In this document: positions 1 through 8,851 of the stretch, in pieces | Numbering within the stretch: position 1 is the stretch's first letter | Layout: each line of letters opens with the position of its first letter | NCBI GenBank assembly: GCA_035285385.1 | Contig: JAYKJM010000001.1 | Span: 1-39,820, forward strand | Direction: 5' to 3' | Source of the DNA: Vampirovibrionales bacterium | GTDB lineage: Bacteria; Cyanobacteriota; Vampirovibrionia; Vampirovibrionales; JAJTHC01 | DNA length: 39,820 nucleotides | Position numbers and translations under genes: made by a program | The notes under the pieces: generated by a model | Databases searched by the model: none | Seen by the model: the letters and a program-made list of their open reading frames with translations, nothing else | What the model was told of the DNA's origin: nothing

Positions 1-175
1 CCTGTGGTAATGCCACTATTACGTGTGAATAACACATTAAACTGAACGTTAAACGCCTTCCCTCGTGGGCTGGGTGATGATTTGCGATTGACTTGGACAC
101 CCACATCAAGGATCGTCAATGAGATAACGTGTTAGGGAGTTGCCAGATAAGCAAAAATCTTTAACATAAGTTAAC

Positions 176-1003
176 GTGATGTTGCCACAATGCAATGCGC
201 AATCCAATACCATCATCCATCATCTGAAGAGTCAATCGAAGACCCACTCCCACGTTTTGAATCCTATGACGTCAAGATCTATACAACCTGCTCGCCTCGA
301 TGCAGCGCTCAATGCCTGGCAGGTTTATTTTGAAGCTAAAAATGCTAATATGGCCTATAATTTGGCACGTAAAGCCTTGGCAACAGGGTCACGGCATCAG
401 CGGGTGAGCCAAATCCGACTCTTTAGCCTTCTTGGATTCTCTTGCTGGAGCCTAAAACGCTATCCTGAAGCAGCGCAGTGGTTTCATCAAGGTAAAAACA
501 CCTATTTGAGTGGTTATAGCTGGCTTCTTGATGGTGATCTCAACAAAGCCTATTCGGTTTGGATGCCCATATTGTCAGCTCGTCCTAACCATTGGTGCGC
601 AAGCGTGCTGGGGTTAGTCAATCAGCAGCTGAGCTATTCACCCAGTTTTCTGGGGGTTCGCAATCATACCGAAATGGATGTCTTTGCCTTGTGTCAGGCC
701 GGCCAGATGGCGTTTCTGGAAAGCTATGTCTCCTATCGTCAATCGTTGGCAATGGTCAATCCTGAAGCCTACAAGCTGATGGGACGCGCGCTCTGTTATG
801 CGGGCTCAACACAATGGGGGCTTGGTATTTTACTGGAGGCTCAGCAGCATTGTCCCCAAGACCCTGAAGTGTATTATCATCTTGCGCAGGCCTACTGTAG
901 CCTAAATAACCCTAAAGATGCCCAAATGATGCTCCATCAGGCTATTATCATGCAGCCGGCCTTTACGCCTGCTCTGGATATGCTGGCCAATATGACCGCT
1001 TAA
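176..1003 (+). CDS. TPR-like helical repeat protein, function unknown
   Basis: 275-aa ORF. The C-terminal segment EVYYHLAQAYCSLNNPKDAQMMLHQAIIMQPAFTPAL has a typical TPR unit pattern. The start is ambiguous (GTG176, ATG179 or internal Met31). Confidence 0.5.
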   Translation: MMLPQCNAQSNTIIHHLKSQSKTHSHVLNPMTSRSIQPARLDAALNAWQVYFEAKNANMAYNLARKALATGSRHQRVSQIRLFSLLGFSCWSLKRYPEAAQWFHQGKNTYLSGYSWLLDGDLNKAYSVWMPILSARPNHWCASVLGLVNQQLSYSPSFLGVRNHTEMDVFALCQAGQMAFLESYVSYRQSLAMVNPEAYKLMGRALCYAGSTQWGLGILLEAQQHCPQDPEVYYHLAQAYCSLNNPKDAQMMLHQAIIMQPAFTPALDMLANMTA

Positions 1004-1107
1004 TCTCGTTTTTTCTTGAAAATCTGGCAAGTCTTTTCATATAAACTAACCAACAAGCGCTGATGACGCTTTAAATGGCTCAATATTGCTTTTGCACAGG
1101 ATGGTTT

Positions 1108-1593
1108 ATGTCCAAAAAAATTGCGTTTTATCCAGGGACGTTTGACCCTCCAACGACAGGTCACCTGGATATGATTCATCGCGCTGCCGGCTTATTTGAG
1201 CACGTGGTGGTGGGTGTGGCCAAAAATCCTGCCAAAGCACCGCTCATTTCGTTTGAGGAGCGCCGAGCGCTTCTTTTGGCTTGCGTCAAGCCGCATTGGC
1301 CTAATGTATCCGTGGTGGGATTTGAGGGGCTAACCGTCAGAACCGCGCAAGAGCATGGGGCAAAAGTTCTGCTGCGAGGCTTGCGCGCCGTGTCTGATTT
1401 TGAACACGAATTTATGATGGCGCAAATGAACAAGACACTTTGCCGAGAGCTGGAGACCGTGTTTTTAATGGCGGCACTTGAGCACCAGTTTGTCTCTTCT
1501 AGCCTCGTCAAAGAAGTGGCCAAGCTGGGCGGCGATATTTCGGCTTACGTCCCTGAGCCGGTAGTTGGCTATTTCAAACAGCGACATTTGTAA
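1108..1593 (+). CDS. coaD: Phosphopantetheine adenylyltransferase
   Basis: MSKKIAFYPGTFDPPTTGHLDMIHRA carries the GTFDPxTxGH nucleotidyltransferase motif, and the ~160 aa length fits the family. Start trimmed to ATG1108, which is preceded by AGGA at 1098-1101. Confidence 0.93.
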   Translation: MSKKIAFYPGTFDPPTTGHLDMIHRAAGLFEHVVVGVAKNPAKAPLISFEERRALLLACVKPHWPNVSVVGFEGLTVRTAQEHGAKVLLRGLRAVSDFEHEFMMAQMNKTLCRELETVFLMAALEHQFVSSSLVKEVAKLGGDISAYVPEPVVGYFKQRHL

Positions 1594-1780
1594 AATTGCA
1601 AACCTCTGTTACGGTTTCGGCTCAATAAATGGGTTTGCACTGGTCGCCACACTCTCTTTCTGTCATAAGTGAATGCATCGAGAGTCACGATAAATTCAAA
1701 ATTTTGAGGGGCTCACACTAAATTCTTGAAATTATAGTGATAGTTGAAGGCTTAGTTGACAGCACGAGGAGTGACTTGTC

Positions 1781-2536
1781 TTGAAATTCCTGAAATTGAT
1801 TGAACGCCTTGAAGACCTAATTCTGGCCGGTTTGAATCTCCCCTTAACGCCCTGGACCATTGTCAACAATGAGCGCCTAATGCCATTGCTGGATCGCATT
1901 CGCGAGCAACTGCCCCAGGAATTACGGGAGGCATCCCAACTGCTCTCCCATCGCGATCAGGTCATTGAAGAAGCACGACGCCAGTCACTGCGTATTGTGC
2001 ATGATGCCCAACAGCAAGCAGAACACATGGTGTCAGAGTCTCAGTTGATGAGTGCCATTCAGGAAGAAGCCAATCGGGTCAAATCCCAATTGCTTCATGA
2101 GGGCGAAACCATTCGCCAAGAGGCCATGGCAGAAGCGGAGGCTATTTTACAGCGAGCCCGTGAACATGCCAGCCTAATGATTGACAAAACCTATGCCTGG
2201 GCACTTCAAACCACGCGGCAAACCCAATCATTTTTGTCGCAGCAGCTCCACGCCAGTGATGATGCCATCAATCAGCTGGGGTTAGAGCCTCCTGATGTAG
2301 ATTTTGTCTGTCAGGGTGCACTGCAGGCAACGCTCACTGACGCGCGGTCTGATGCCAAAAGACAGTCCGTTGCGGCAAAAAACAGTTTGCCACCTCTTAT
2401 CAATCATGAAGAGGAGTTGGCGCTGTGGACCAATGCCAATGGCGCTGCCTCAGCCAACCTTCAGACCAACAGCACCCAGAAAATGGTTTCAAAGTCTGTC
2501 AAAGCTCGTCAAAAACTCTTTTCAGGGATTGAGTAA
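1781..2536 (+). CDS. Coiled-coil protein of unknown function (long Gln/Glu/Ala-rich helix)
   Basis: 251-aa ORF with a TTG start 9 nt after AGGAG (1767-1771). It has a long heptad-like segment, EEARRQSLRIVHDAQQQAEHMV...EAMAEAEAILQRAREHA. I recognised no catalytic motif. Confidence 0.55.
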   Translation: MKFLKLIERLEDLILAGLNLPLTPWTIVNNERLMPLLDRIREQLPQELREASQLLSHRDQVIEEARRQSLRIVHDAQQQAEHMVSESQLMSAIQEEANRVKSQLLHEGETIRQEAMAEAEAILQRAREHASLMIDKTYAWALQTTRQTQSFLSQQLHASDDAINQLGLEPPDVDFVCQGALQATLTDARSDAKRQSVAAKNSLPPLINHEEELALWTNANGAASANLQTNSTQKMVSKSVKARQKLFSGIE

Positions 2537-2627
2537 GCCCTCAATGACGTCTAACGGATGCTTCTGTCTCTGTTATTTTGGTTAACCCTCTCTATTGTCC
2601 CCGGTTGTATCACAGGAGATTATTGCG

Positions 2628-2909
2628 ATGAACAAAGAAGAACTCATTCAGGAAATTGCAAAAAAAACCAAAGTGTCTCAAAAAGAAGTTGGTGACATCA
2701 TTGCTGTGACCATCGAAGTGATTGAAAAAGCTGTTTCCAAAGGAAAACGCGTAACCTTAGTTGGATTTGGCACCTTCGAGCCTCGCAAACGCAAGCCTCG
2801 CAATGCCCGTAACCCCCAAAATGGTGAAATGATCAAGGTTCCTGCCAAAACCGTTCCTGCCTTCTCTGCCGGTAAACGCTTCAAGGATAAAGTCAGCAAA
2901 ACCAAGTAA
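2628..2909 (+). CDS. hup: HU/IHF-family nucleoid-associated DNA-binding protein
   Basis: MNKEELIQEIAKKT...LVGFGTFEPRKRKPRNARNPQNGEMIKVPAKTVPAFSAGKRFKDKV matches the HU beta-arm signature (GFGxF..R..R.GRNP.tGe.i.ipa...p.F.aGk). A CAGGAGA SD lies at 2613-2619. Confidence 0.9.
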   Translation: MNKEELIQEIAKKTKVSQKEVGDIIAVTIEVIEKAVSKGKRVTLVGFGTFEPRKRKPRNARNPQNGEMIKVPAKTVPAFSAGKRFKDKVSKTK

Positions 2910-2941
2910 CACCCAATCGATTCTATTCATTAAATCTAAAA

Positions 2942-2974
2942 GCACCGACTTCTGAATATCAGGGTCGGTGTTTT
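2942..2974. terminator. Candidate bidirectional intrinsic terminator between convergent hup and the response regulator gene
   Basis: The stem GCACCGAC (2942-2949) pairs with GTCGGTG (2964-2970). It is followed by TTTTG on the + strand and flanked by CTTTTAGATTT on the - strand. Confidence 0.55.
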
Positions 2975-2975
2975 G

Positions 2976-3734
2976 TTAAAGAGCGACATGATCATTCAAG
3001 CGATAGCCGATATTGGTGACTGTTTCGAGGTATCGAGGCTGCTTGGGGTCTGCTTCAATTTTCTGACGGATGCCACCCACGTGCACCCTCAGCATTCGAA
3101 CATCTTCATCGGCATCGTATCCCCAAACCTCCTGCAAGAGGGTCGCCAAAGGCACACCCTCATTGACGTGCTGCATCAGACAAAACAGGATTTCAAACTC
3201 TGTCGGCGTCAACTTCTGTAGCTTGTCTTTCACCAGCACTTCCAGCGAGGTTGGCAGCAACCTCAGATCGCCGGCGGCAAGGCGATCTTCTTTCGGCTTG
3301 AGCCCACTTGACGATTTTGGCTTGCCCGCTGAGATGGCCGCAGGGGGTTGAAGCCCCTTGGCCCGACGAAACAAGGCACGCGTGCGAACAATCATCTCCT
3401 GAAATTCAAACGGCTTGACCAAATAATCATCAGCGCCAGCATTGAACCCTCTGACCTTGTCTTCAAGGGTGCCTTTTGCCGTCAGCAAAATAATAGGCAC
3501 CTCACAGGGGGTTGCAAAATGACGATTGGCTCGAATCTGGCGACACACCTCATAGCCATCGAGCTTGGGCATCATCACATCCAGCACGACCATATCAAAC
3601 GATTTTTGCTCGGCTTTTTTTAGACCCGCCACCCCATCGGATGCAGCATCAACCTCAAAGCCCAACAACTCAAAATCCAACCGAAGCAAATCCAAGATTT
3701 CGGCATCATCATCAACAACCAACACATGAACCAT
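2976..3734 (-). CDS. OmpR/PhoB-family response regulator (receiver plus winged-helix), with no adjacent histidine kinase
   Basis: The receiver domain shows VLVVDDD...DMVVLDVMMPKLDG...ILLTAKG...DDYLVKPF. The C-terminal trans_reg_C-like part reads LTPTEFEILFCLMQH...RMLRVHVGGIRQKIE...LETVTNIGYRL. The inter-domain linker is unusually long and Pro/Lys/Ser-rich. Confidence 0.9.
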   Translation of the reverse strand: MVHVLVVDDDAEILDLLRLDFELLGFEVDAASDGVAGLKKAEQKSFDMVVLDVMMPKLDGYEVCRQIRANRHFATPCEVPIILLTAKGTLEDKVRGFNAGADDYLVKPFEFQEMIVRTRALFRRAKGLQPPAAISAGKPKSSSGLKPKEDRLAAGDLRLLPTSLEVLVKDKLQKLTPTEFEILFCLMQHVNEGVPLATLLQEVWGYDADEDVRMLRVHVGGIRQKIEADPKQPRYLETVTNIGYRLNDHVAL

Positions 3735-3803
3735 GGAAATTCGTCAGTAGCCTTCCTCTGTGTCTCTGGCGTAACTTTGTTTTGTTTCAGATATCATCAT
3801 AGT

Positions 3804-5003
3804 ATGCAAACCCATGACACCTCGCTGCCATTATATCCCGAATCTAACGGATTTCGACGCTGTGAGCCCCAGTGCTCGAGCGGAATTATTCGCCGCTATC
3901 GCTCTTTTTTTAAAGCTGTATCAGATGAGGCCATCGTAAGCCTCAATGAGGGCAGAACCCCGTTAATTCCTGCCCCGCGCCTGAGTCAGTGGATTGCCAA
4001 AACAACCGGCGTTGAAAATCTCAACATTTATCTCAAATATGAAGGGCTTAACCCGACGGGCAGCTTTAAAGACCGAGGGATGACCTGGGCCATGACTCAG
4101 GCCAAGTGTGCCAAGGCGCAATTTGTCATTTGCGCCAGTACCGGTAACACCAGCGCCTCGGCCGCCGCCTACGCCGCCCGCGCAGAACTCCAAACCCTGA
4201 TTTTGATTCCAAAAGGCAAGGTTGCCATGGGCAAACTGGCGCAAGCACTGATGTATGGTGCAAAAATTGTTGAAATTGATGGCAATTTTGATCAAGCCCT
4301 CGATGTGGTGCGCGTCATTGGTGAACGCTACGGCGATCGGGTGGCCGTGGTCAACTCTATTAACCCTTATCGCATTGAAGGGCAACGCACGGGCGCCTTT
4401 GAAATCTGCGATGAGTTGGGCGCCTCACCAGATGCCCTGTTTATTCCGGTGGGTAATGCCGGCAATATTACGGGCTACTGGCATGGCTTTAAGGCTTACC
4501 AAGCTGCTGGGCGCATTCAGCACTTACCGCGCATGATGGGCTATCAGGCGGCAGGTGCTGCGCCACTGGTGTTGGGGTATCCCGTTGAACACCCAGAAAC
4601 CCTAGCAACAGCTATTCGCATCGGCAAGCCCGCCAGTTGGGATATGGCCATTGCCGCTCGGGATGACTCTGGGGGTAAAATCGACAAAGTAAGTGATATG
4701 GAAATATTACAAGCCTACGGTCAGTTGGGTCGACTGGAGGGTGTTTTCTGTGAGCCGGCCAGTGCTGCCAGTGTGGCTGGCGTGTTAAAGGCTGCCTCGC
4801 AAAACGATATTGCCTCTGGCCAAACTGTGGTTTGTGTCCTGACTGGCAATGGCCTTAAAGACCCGGATACGGCGATTCGTTTTTCCCAAGGCGATAGTCA
4901 CTTGTGCGATGACTTTGAAAACATGAATCCCAAGCCTGTGATGCAGTGTATTCAGTTGCCACCAGAGGTGGACGCGATTGCTCGCTATTTTGGCCTTCTG
5001 TAG
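3804..5003 (+). CDS. thrC: Threonine synthase
   Basis: The PLP-lysine motif is present (YLKYEGLNPTGSFKDRGMT), followed by ASTGNTSASAAAYAA and a glycine-rich GNAGNITGYW loop. Start set to ATG3804. The longer ORF from 3726 would overlap the divergent regulator gene. Confidence 0.9.
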   Translation: MQTHDTSLPLYPESNGFRRCEPQCSSGIIRRYRSFFKAVSDEAIVSLNEGRTPLIPAPRLSQWIAKTTGVENLNIYLKYEGLNPTGSFKDRGMTWAMTQAKCAKAQFVICASTGNTSASAAAYAARAELQTLILIPKGKVAMGKLAQALMYGAKIVEIDGNFDQALDVVRVIGERYGDRVAVVNSINPYRIEGQRTGAFEICDELGASPDALFIPVGNAGNITGYWHGFKAYQAAGRIQHLPRMMGYQAAGAAPLVLGYPVEHPETLATAIRIGKPASWDMAIAARDDSGGKIDKVSDMEILQAYGQLGRLEGVFCEPASAASVAGVLKAASQNDIASGQTVVCVLTGNGLKDPDTAIRFSQGDSHLCDDFENMNPKPVMQCIQLPPEVDAIARYFGLL

Positions 5004-5046
5004 GCTTATCGAGTTCTTTTAATAATCCTTGTATAAAATCTGGCCA

Positions 5047-5199
5047 GTTCTTCGCCCCTCAATCTTCTTTTCATGCTCCCTCTGAAAAATCTGGCGGGGT
5101 GGACGGGGCTCGAAAGCAATTCATCAGGCGGGTTCTTCGCCCCTCAATCTTCTTTTCATGCTCCCTCTCAAAAATCTGGCGGGGTGGACGGGGCTCGAA
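5047..5199. repeat. Direct duplication: two 68-bp copies, 85-bp period, each containing the last 23 nt of tRNA-Asp
   Basis: Copy 1 (5047-5114) and copy 2 (5132-5199) are identical except for one base (ctctGaaaaatc versus ctctCaaaaatc). Each contains tggcggggtggacggggctcgaa, the reverse complement of the tRNA 3' end. Only copy 2 continues into the full tRNA. Confidence 0.9.
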
Positions 5200-5253
5200 C
5201 CCGCGACCTCATGCGTGACAGGCATGTATTCTAACCAGCTGAACTACCACCCC
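5177..5253 (-). tRNA. tRNA-Asp (anticodon GTC), CCA encoded
   Basis: The reverse complement reads GGGGTGGTAGTTCAGCTGGTTAGAATACATGCCTGTCACGCATGAGGTCGCGGGTTCGAGCCCCGTCCACCCCGCCA. It has a 7-bp acceptor stem, an anticodon loop CTGTCAC and a TTCGAGC T-loop. It is near-identical in architecture to canonical bacterial tRNA-Asp. Confidence 0.93.
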
Positions 5254-5263
5254 AGCGGCTATA

Positions 5264-5291
5264 ATTATGCTTGATAAAACTTGTAATGCAA
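5264..5291 (-). promoter_or_regulatory. Candidate sigma70-type promoter for tRNA-Asp
   Basis: On the - strand: TTGCAT (5291-5286), a 16-nt spacer, then CATAAT (5269-5264), with ~10 nt to the mature tRNA 5' end. Confidence 0.4.
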
Positions 5292-5440
5292 CGGTTTGCG
5301 CAGAAGCTCATGATTCTTTTACACATCTGCTGGTGAGCCTTGTTACAATAAGTAAGCTTATTACCTAATTTTTTTAAATGTTGCCTAATTGGTTGCCGAT
5401 TGGCGCTTATTTAGCTGATTATCACGCACCCCTTTTTCCT

Positions 5441-6490
5441 ATGAAATACAAACGCTTGCCCCCTATAGCCGCATGGAACACATGGAGCGGCGCTCAATTT
5501 AGCACCTATCGCCTTGGGGGGCCATTGTCACAAGCGTTTTGCCCGATGAATCAAGACCAGGCCGTGGCACTGCTCGATTGGCTCTGTGAGACATCTGCTC
5601 CTAATCTGCCTGAATTTACCGTGCTTGGCTGGGGAAGCAATTCCGTCATTGCAGATAGTGGCATTCAGCACCCGTGCCTAATTTTTAGAAAACTGACCGA
5701 AATTGAGAAAATCGATGCCACCCATCTTCGCTTTGGTGCCGGAGTACACCTGGCGAAAGTCTCACAAACCGCATTCGATATGGGCTTGACGGGTTGCGAA
5801 TTTATGGTCGGCATTCCAGGCACCATGGGCGGTGCCGTCAGGATGAATGCAGGCGCTACAGGCCAAGAAACCGGCTCACTGGTAAGCCATGTCACCCTTT
5901 ATAACCTAACGACAGGCCAACTTGAGACATGGTCAGCCGCGCAGCTGGCATTTTCCTACCGCCACAGTACAATTGAACCCGGCCATCATGTTGTGTTATC
6001 GGTACAACTAACCTTAGCGCAAGGAGATCCACAGGCCATTCAGGCACTCATGGCCAAAAATCGTCAATTTCGAAAACAACATCATCCCACTGAGCCCAAC
6101 GGCGGCAGTGTTTTTAGAAATCCGGTAACAGCAAACGCGGCACCGTCGGCTGACGCCTCGGGCACATTTGCGACGTCCTTAACACCAAACGCGGCACCGT
6201 CGGCTGACGCCTTGGGCGCATTTGCGACTAAAACCGCTGGTCAAATGCTCGATGAACTCGGTGCAAAATCATGGCAAGAAGGTGGAGTGCGGGTGAGCCC
6301 CAAACACGCCAATTTTATTATCAATACCGGTGGCGGAAGCTCAGTGGAGGTGTTGCGATTGATGCGGCGCATGCAGCAGGCTGTTCAAGACGCTTACGGC
6401 ATCCATCTAAGGCCTGAAAACCTGTTTTTAGGAGATGCGAGCGAGGAAGAAATGGCTTTATGGGCTCAATTGACCCAAAAAAACACCTAA
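5441..6490 (+). CDS. murB: UDP-N-acetylenolpyruvoylglucosamine reductase with an internal repeat insertion
   Basis: Matching blocks are TYRLGGP...VLGWGSNSVIAD, GIPGTMGGAVRMNAGA, FSYRHS, GGSVFRNP and KHANFIINTGGGS. The start is uncertain (ATG5441 or ATG5378). Confidence 0.85.
   Translation: MKYKRLPPIAAWNTWSGAQFSTYRLGGPLSQAFCPMNQDQAVALLDWLCETSAPNLPEFTVLGWGSNSVIADSGIQHPCLIFRKLTEIEKIDATHLRFGAGVHLAKVSQTAFDMGLTGCEFMVGIPGTMGGAVRMNAGATGQETGSLVSHVTLYNLTTGQLETWSAAQLAFSYRHSTIEPGHHVVLSVQLTLAQGDPQAIQALMAKNRQFRKQHHPTEPNGGSVFRNPVTANAAPSADASGTFATSLTPNAAPSADALGAFATKTAGQMLDELGAKSWQEGGVRVSPKHANFIINTGGGSSVEVLRLMRRMQQAVQDAYGIHLRPENLFLGDASEEEMALWAQLTQKNT
6132..6228 (+). repeat. In-frame tandem duplication (54-bp period) inside murB
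   Basis: Unit 1 (6132-6174) and unit 2 (6186-6228) are caaacgcggcaccgtcggctgacgcctYgggcRcatttgcgac. They encode NAAPSADASGTFAT / NAAPSADALGAFAT. Confidence 0.9.
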
Positions 6491-6572
6491 GAAACGCTAA
6501 GCAAAAACTCAAAACTTTTTTCAAAAATCAATTATGACATCCAATTCATTCAATAATCAGAGCAATCGTGAT

Positions 6573-8720
6573 TTACCCGCGCACCAACCCCAGCGATTGC
6601 ACACGGGTCGTGGGACCCACCTCGTTATAACTGAGCACGGCAATTTGCGGCAGCATCCGCTCAATCATGCGCCTTAACGGCATACGAATTCTGGCATTGC
6701 ACAAAATCACAGGCTGAAGCCCATACTCAGACAGTGCCTTTTCTACTTCTACATTAAGGGATTTGAGTAGTTTTTGGGTCAGCTGAGGGCTCACGGCAAT
6801 CAATGCCGAGCCTGTGCTACCGGCGCCGCTTTCATTGACAACCCCTTGTGCCAGCTGCTCTTCGAGATCCGGGGCAAGCGTAATGGCCGGCAAGTCGCCG
6901 GTGTCTGGGGCGACATGCTGTTTACAAATTGAGCGCGATAAGGCAATCCGGCATTGCTCGGTCAAATAATCTGGCTCTTTGCTCACGCGCACATGGTAGC
7001 CAATGGTTTCCAGAATGGTGATTAAATCTCGAATGGACACTTTTTCGCGCAGCAGGTTTTGCAAAATCACATGCACTTCCGCCATGCTGATGCTGCTCGG
7101 AATAAGATCGCTGACCAGAGACTCGGCCTGTTTTTTGGTGTTTTCCAAAAGCCCTTGCACATCCTGACGGCTTAAAATATCGCAGGCGTGGGCTTTTAGG
7201 GTTTCTGCCAAGTGAGTGGCCACCACCGAGGAGGGGCTCACAACGGTATAGCCGGCGGCAATGGCATCATCGCGTTGATCCTCTCGAATCCAGATGGCGG
7301 GCAACCCAAACGCCGGCTCCTTGAGAGGAATACCCTCAATCGGCTCGCCACCGTCTGGATCCGTGCTCATGGCCATCCACATATCGGCAATAATGTCGCC
7401 TGTGGCAATGGTGACACCCCGCAGCTTGATGTGATACTGGTTGGGAGGCAATTGCAGATTATCTCGCACCCGAATGGAGGGCATAATGACCCCCAGTTCG
7501 GTTGCAATCTGACGCCGCAACTGCGCAATGCGATCCAGTAAATCCCCCCCAGAATCAGGCTCAATGAGCGTAACCAGCTTATAGCCCACTTCAACTTCAA
7601 GAGGATCCACGTTAAGCAAGTCCATGACATTGTCATTGGTTTGCTTTTTACGCTTGGTGATTTTTTCTTTGTTTTCCTGAATCAGTTTTTCAGCCTCAAG
7701 ACGTCTTTTCTCTCGAATTAACAAGAAGGCGCCACCAACAGCAACCCCACCCACGGTCACAAAAGGCAGCATGGGCAAACCAGGAATCAATGCCAGGCTC
7801 ATCAGCAAGCCTCCCATCATGCCAAGCACCTTCGGGTTGCCAAACATCTGCCCGCCAATGTCGTCTCCAAGCGTGTTGTCGGTGGTGGAAATCCGAGTGA
7901 CCAAGATACCGGTAGCTGTCGAAATAATTAAAGCAGGAAGCTGGCTTACAAGCCCTTCACCCACGGTCAGAATAGTGTAGGTGCTAGCAGCATCAGCCAA
8001 TGGCATGCCCAACTGCACAACGCCGACAATCAGGCCACCAATAATGTTAATAATCGTAATGACGATGGCCGCAATGGCATCGCCTTTGACAAACTTACTG
8101 GCACCATCCATGGTGCCATGAAAGTCGGCTTCCTGCTGAATTTGAAGACGTCGCTTCTTTGCCTCCTGCTCGTTGATAAGGCCTGCATTCAAGTCTGCAT
8201 CAATACTAAGCTGTTTGCCGGGCATGGCATCCAGGGTGAAGCGGGCAGCCACTTCCGACACCCTGCCTGCACCGTTGGTAATAACAATAAAGTTAATGAC
8301 AATCAAAATCACAAACATCAGCAAGCCGACGACGTAATTGCCCCCAATCACAAACGTCCCAAAGGCATGAATCACTTCTCCCGCACTGCCCTGCAGCAAG
8401 ATAAGCCGCGTTGAGCTGACGTTTAGCCCAAGCCGAAACAGGGTCGTCACCAGCAAAATCGTCGGAAATGTAGAGTATTGAAGTGGCTCGTCGGTGTACA
8501 GCGTCACCAGAAGAATGGTCAACGCCAGCGCAATGTTAACCGTGAGCAATAAATCCAGCACAAAGGGTGGCAACGGAATCAAGAGCATCGCCACAACCAG
8601 GACAACACCCAAGGCCAGCAGCATATCGTTGTGACGGAGCATATCGCGCCACGTCAACTTGCTCAGCTTGGGGAGACCTGAAAGAATCCCGCCAGAATTT
8701 GCTGCAACGGCCTCTGCCAT
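6573..8720 (-). CDS. flhA: FlhA/SctV-family type III export-gate protein (flagellar FlhA-like)
   Basis: 715 aa. The N-terminal polytopic domain carries FPTILLVTTLFRLGLNVSSTRLIL, ARFTLDAMPGKQLSIDADLNAGLI, MDGASKFVKGDAIAAIVI and TILTVGEGLVSQLPALIISTATGILVTR. A basic linker and a ~330-aa cytoplasmic C-domain follow. Confidence 0.9.
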   Translation of the reverse strand: MAEAVAANSGGILSGLPKLSKLTWRDMLRHNDMLLALGVVLVVAMLLIPLPPFVLDLLLTVNIALALTILLVTLYTDEPLQYSTFPTILLVTTLFRLGLNVSSTRLILLQGSAGEVIHAFGTFVIGGNYVVGLLMFVILIVINFIVITNGAGRVSEVAARFTLDAMPGKQLSIDADLNAGLINEQEAKKRRLQIQQEADFHGTMDGASKFVKGDAIAAIVITIINIIGGLIVGVVQLGMPLADAASTYTILTVGEGLVSQLPALIISTATGILVTRISTTDNTLGDDIGGQMFGNPKVLGMMGGLLMSLALIPGLPMLPFVTVGGVAVGGAFLLIREKRRLEAEKLIQENKEKITKRKKQTNDNVMDLLNVDPLEVEVGYKLVTLIEPDSGGDLLDRIAQLRRQIATELGVIMPSIRVRDNLQLPPNQYHIKLRGVTIATGDIIADMWMAMSTDPDGGEPIEGIPLKEPAFGLPAIWIREDQRDDAIAAGYTVVSPSSVVATHLAETLKAHACDILSRQDVQGLLENTKKQAESLVSDLIPSSISMAEVHVILQNLLREKVSIRDLITILETIGYHVRVSKEPDYLTEQCRIALSRSICKQHVAPDTGDLPAITLAPDLEEQLAQGVVNESGAGSTGSALIAVSPQLTQKLLKSLNVEVEKALSEYGLQPVILCNARIRMPLRRMIERMLPQIAVLSYNEVGPTTRVQSLGLVRG

Positions 8721-8851
8721 AGGGGGTTACGTCTTTCTTTTTTCTCTCTTTCTCTCAATGGACACACGCAAGTGCTTATCCTGAGTGTAGAGGAGGCCAC
8801 TTGGCGTAACATCCACCCAAAGATGGAGATTGAGGTTAAAAATTACGCTAG

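Noticed and set aside
1-7. The first 7 nt (cctgtgg) are identical to the last 7 nt (39814-39820). This could hint at a circular molecule or a terminal repeat.
   Set aside because: Seven bases is too short to interpret, although a chance match of one specific 7-mer is unlikely. The gene content is chromosomal housekeeping rather than plasmid or phage, and no longer terminal repeat exists. It is most likely an accident of how the window or contig was cut. Flanking sequence would settle it.
1176-1523. 115-aa ORF antisense to coaD
   Set aside because: It lies entirely inside a confidently identified gene on the other strand. The composition is Ser/Arg/Thr/Cys-rich and shows no motif, so it is a typical shadow ORF.
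3963-4385. 140-aa ORF antisense to thrC (likewise 4255-4536 in another frame)
   Set aside because: It is a shadow ORF within a well-supported thrC reading frame.
5047-5199. Considered whether the 85-bp-period repeats could be a mini CRISPR array
   Set aside because: There are only two copies. The repeat is 68 bp with a 17-bp spacer and contains tRNA sequence. No cas genes are present in the window.
4946-5218. 90-aa + strand ORF spanning the thrC 3' end, the 85-bp duplication and part of the tRNA
   Set aside because: It reads through the repeat units and the antisense of tRNA-Asp. The repeated peptide is just the translated DNA duplication.
8733-8757. Pyrimidine tract on the + strand (a purine tract GAGAGAAAGAGAGAAAAAAGAAAG on the - strand) just upstream of flhA
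   Set aside because: It is most simply an extended purine-rich ribosome-binding leader. Similar GA-rich runs at 15896-15945 are noted under the ncRNA candidate, but I cannot show a shared function.
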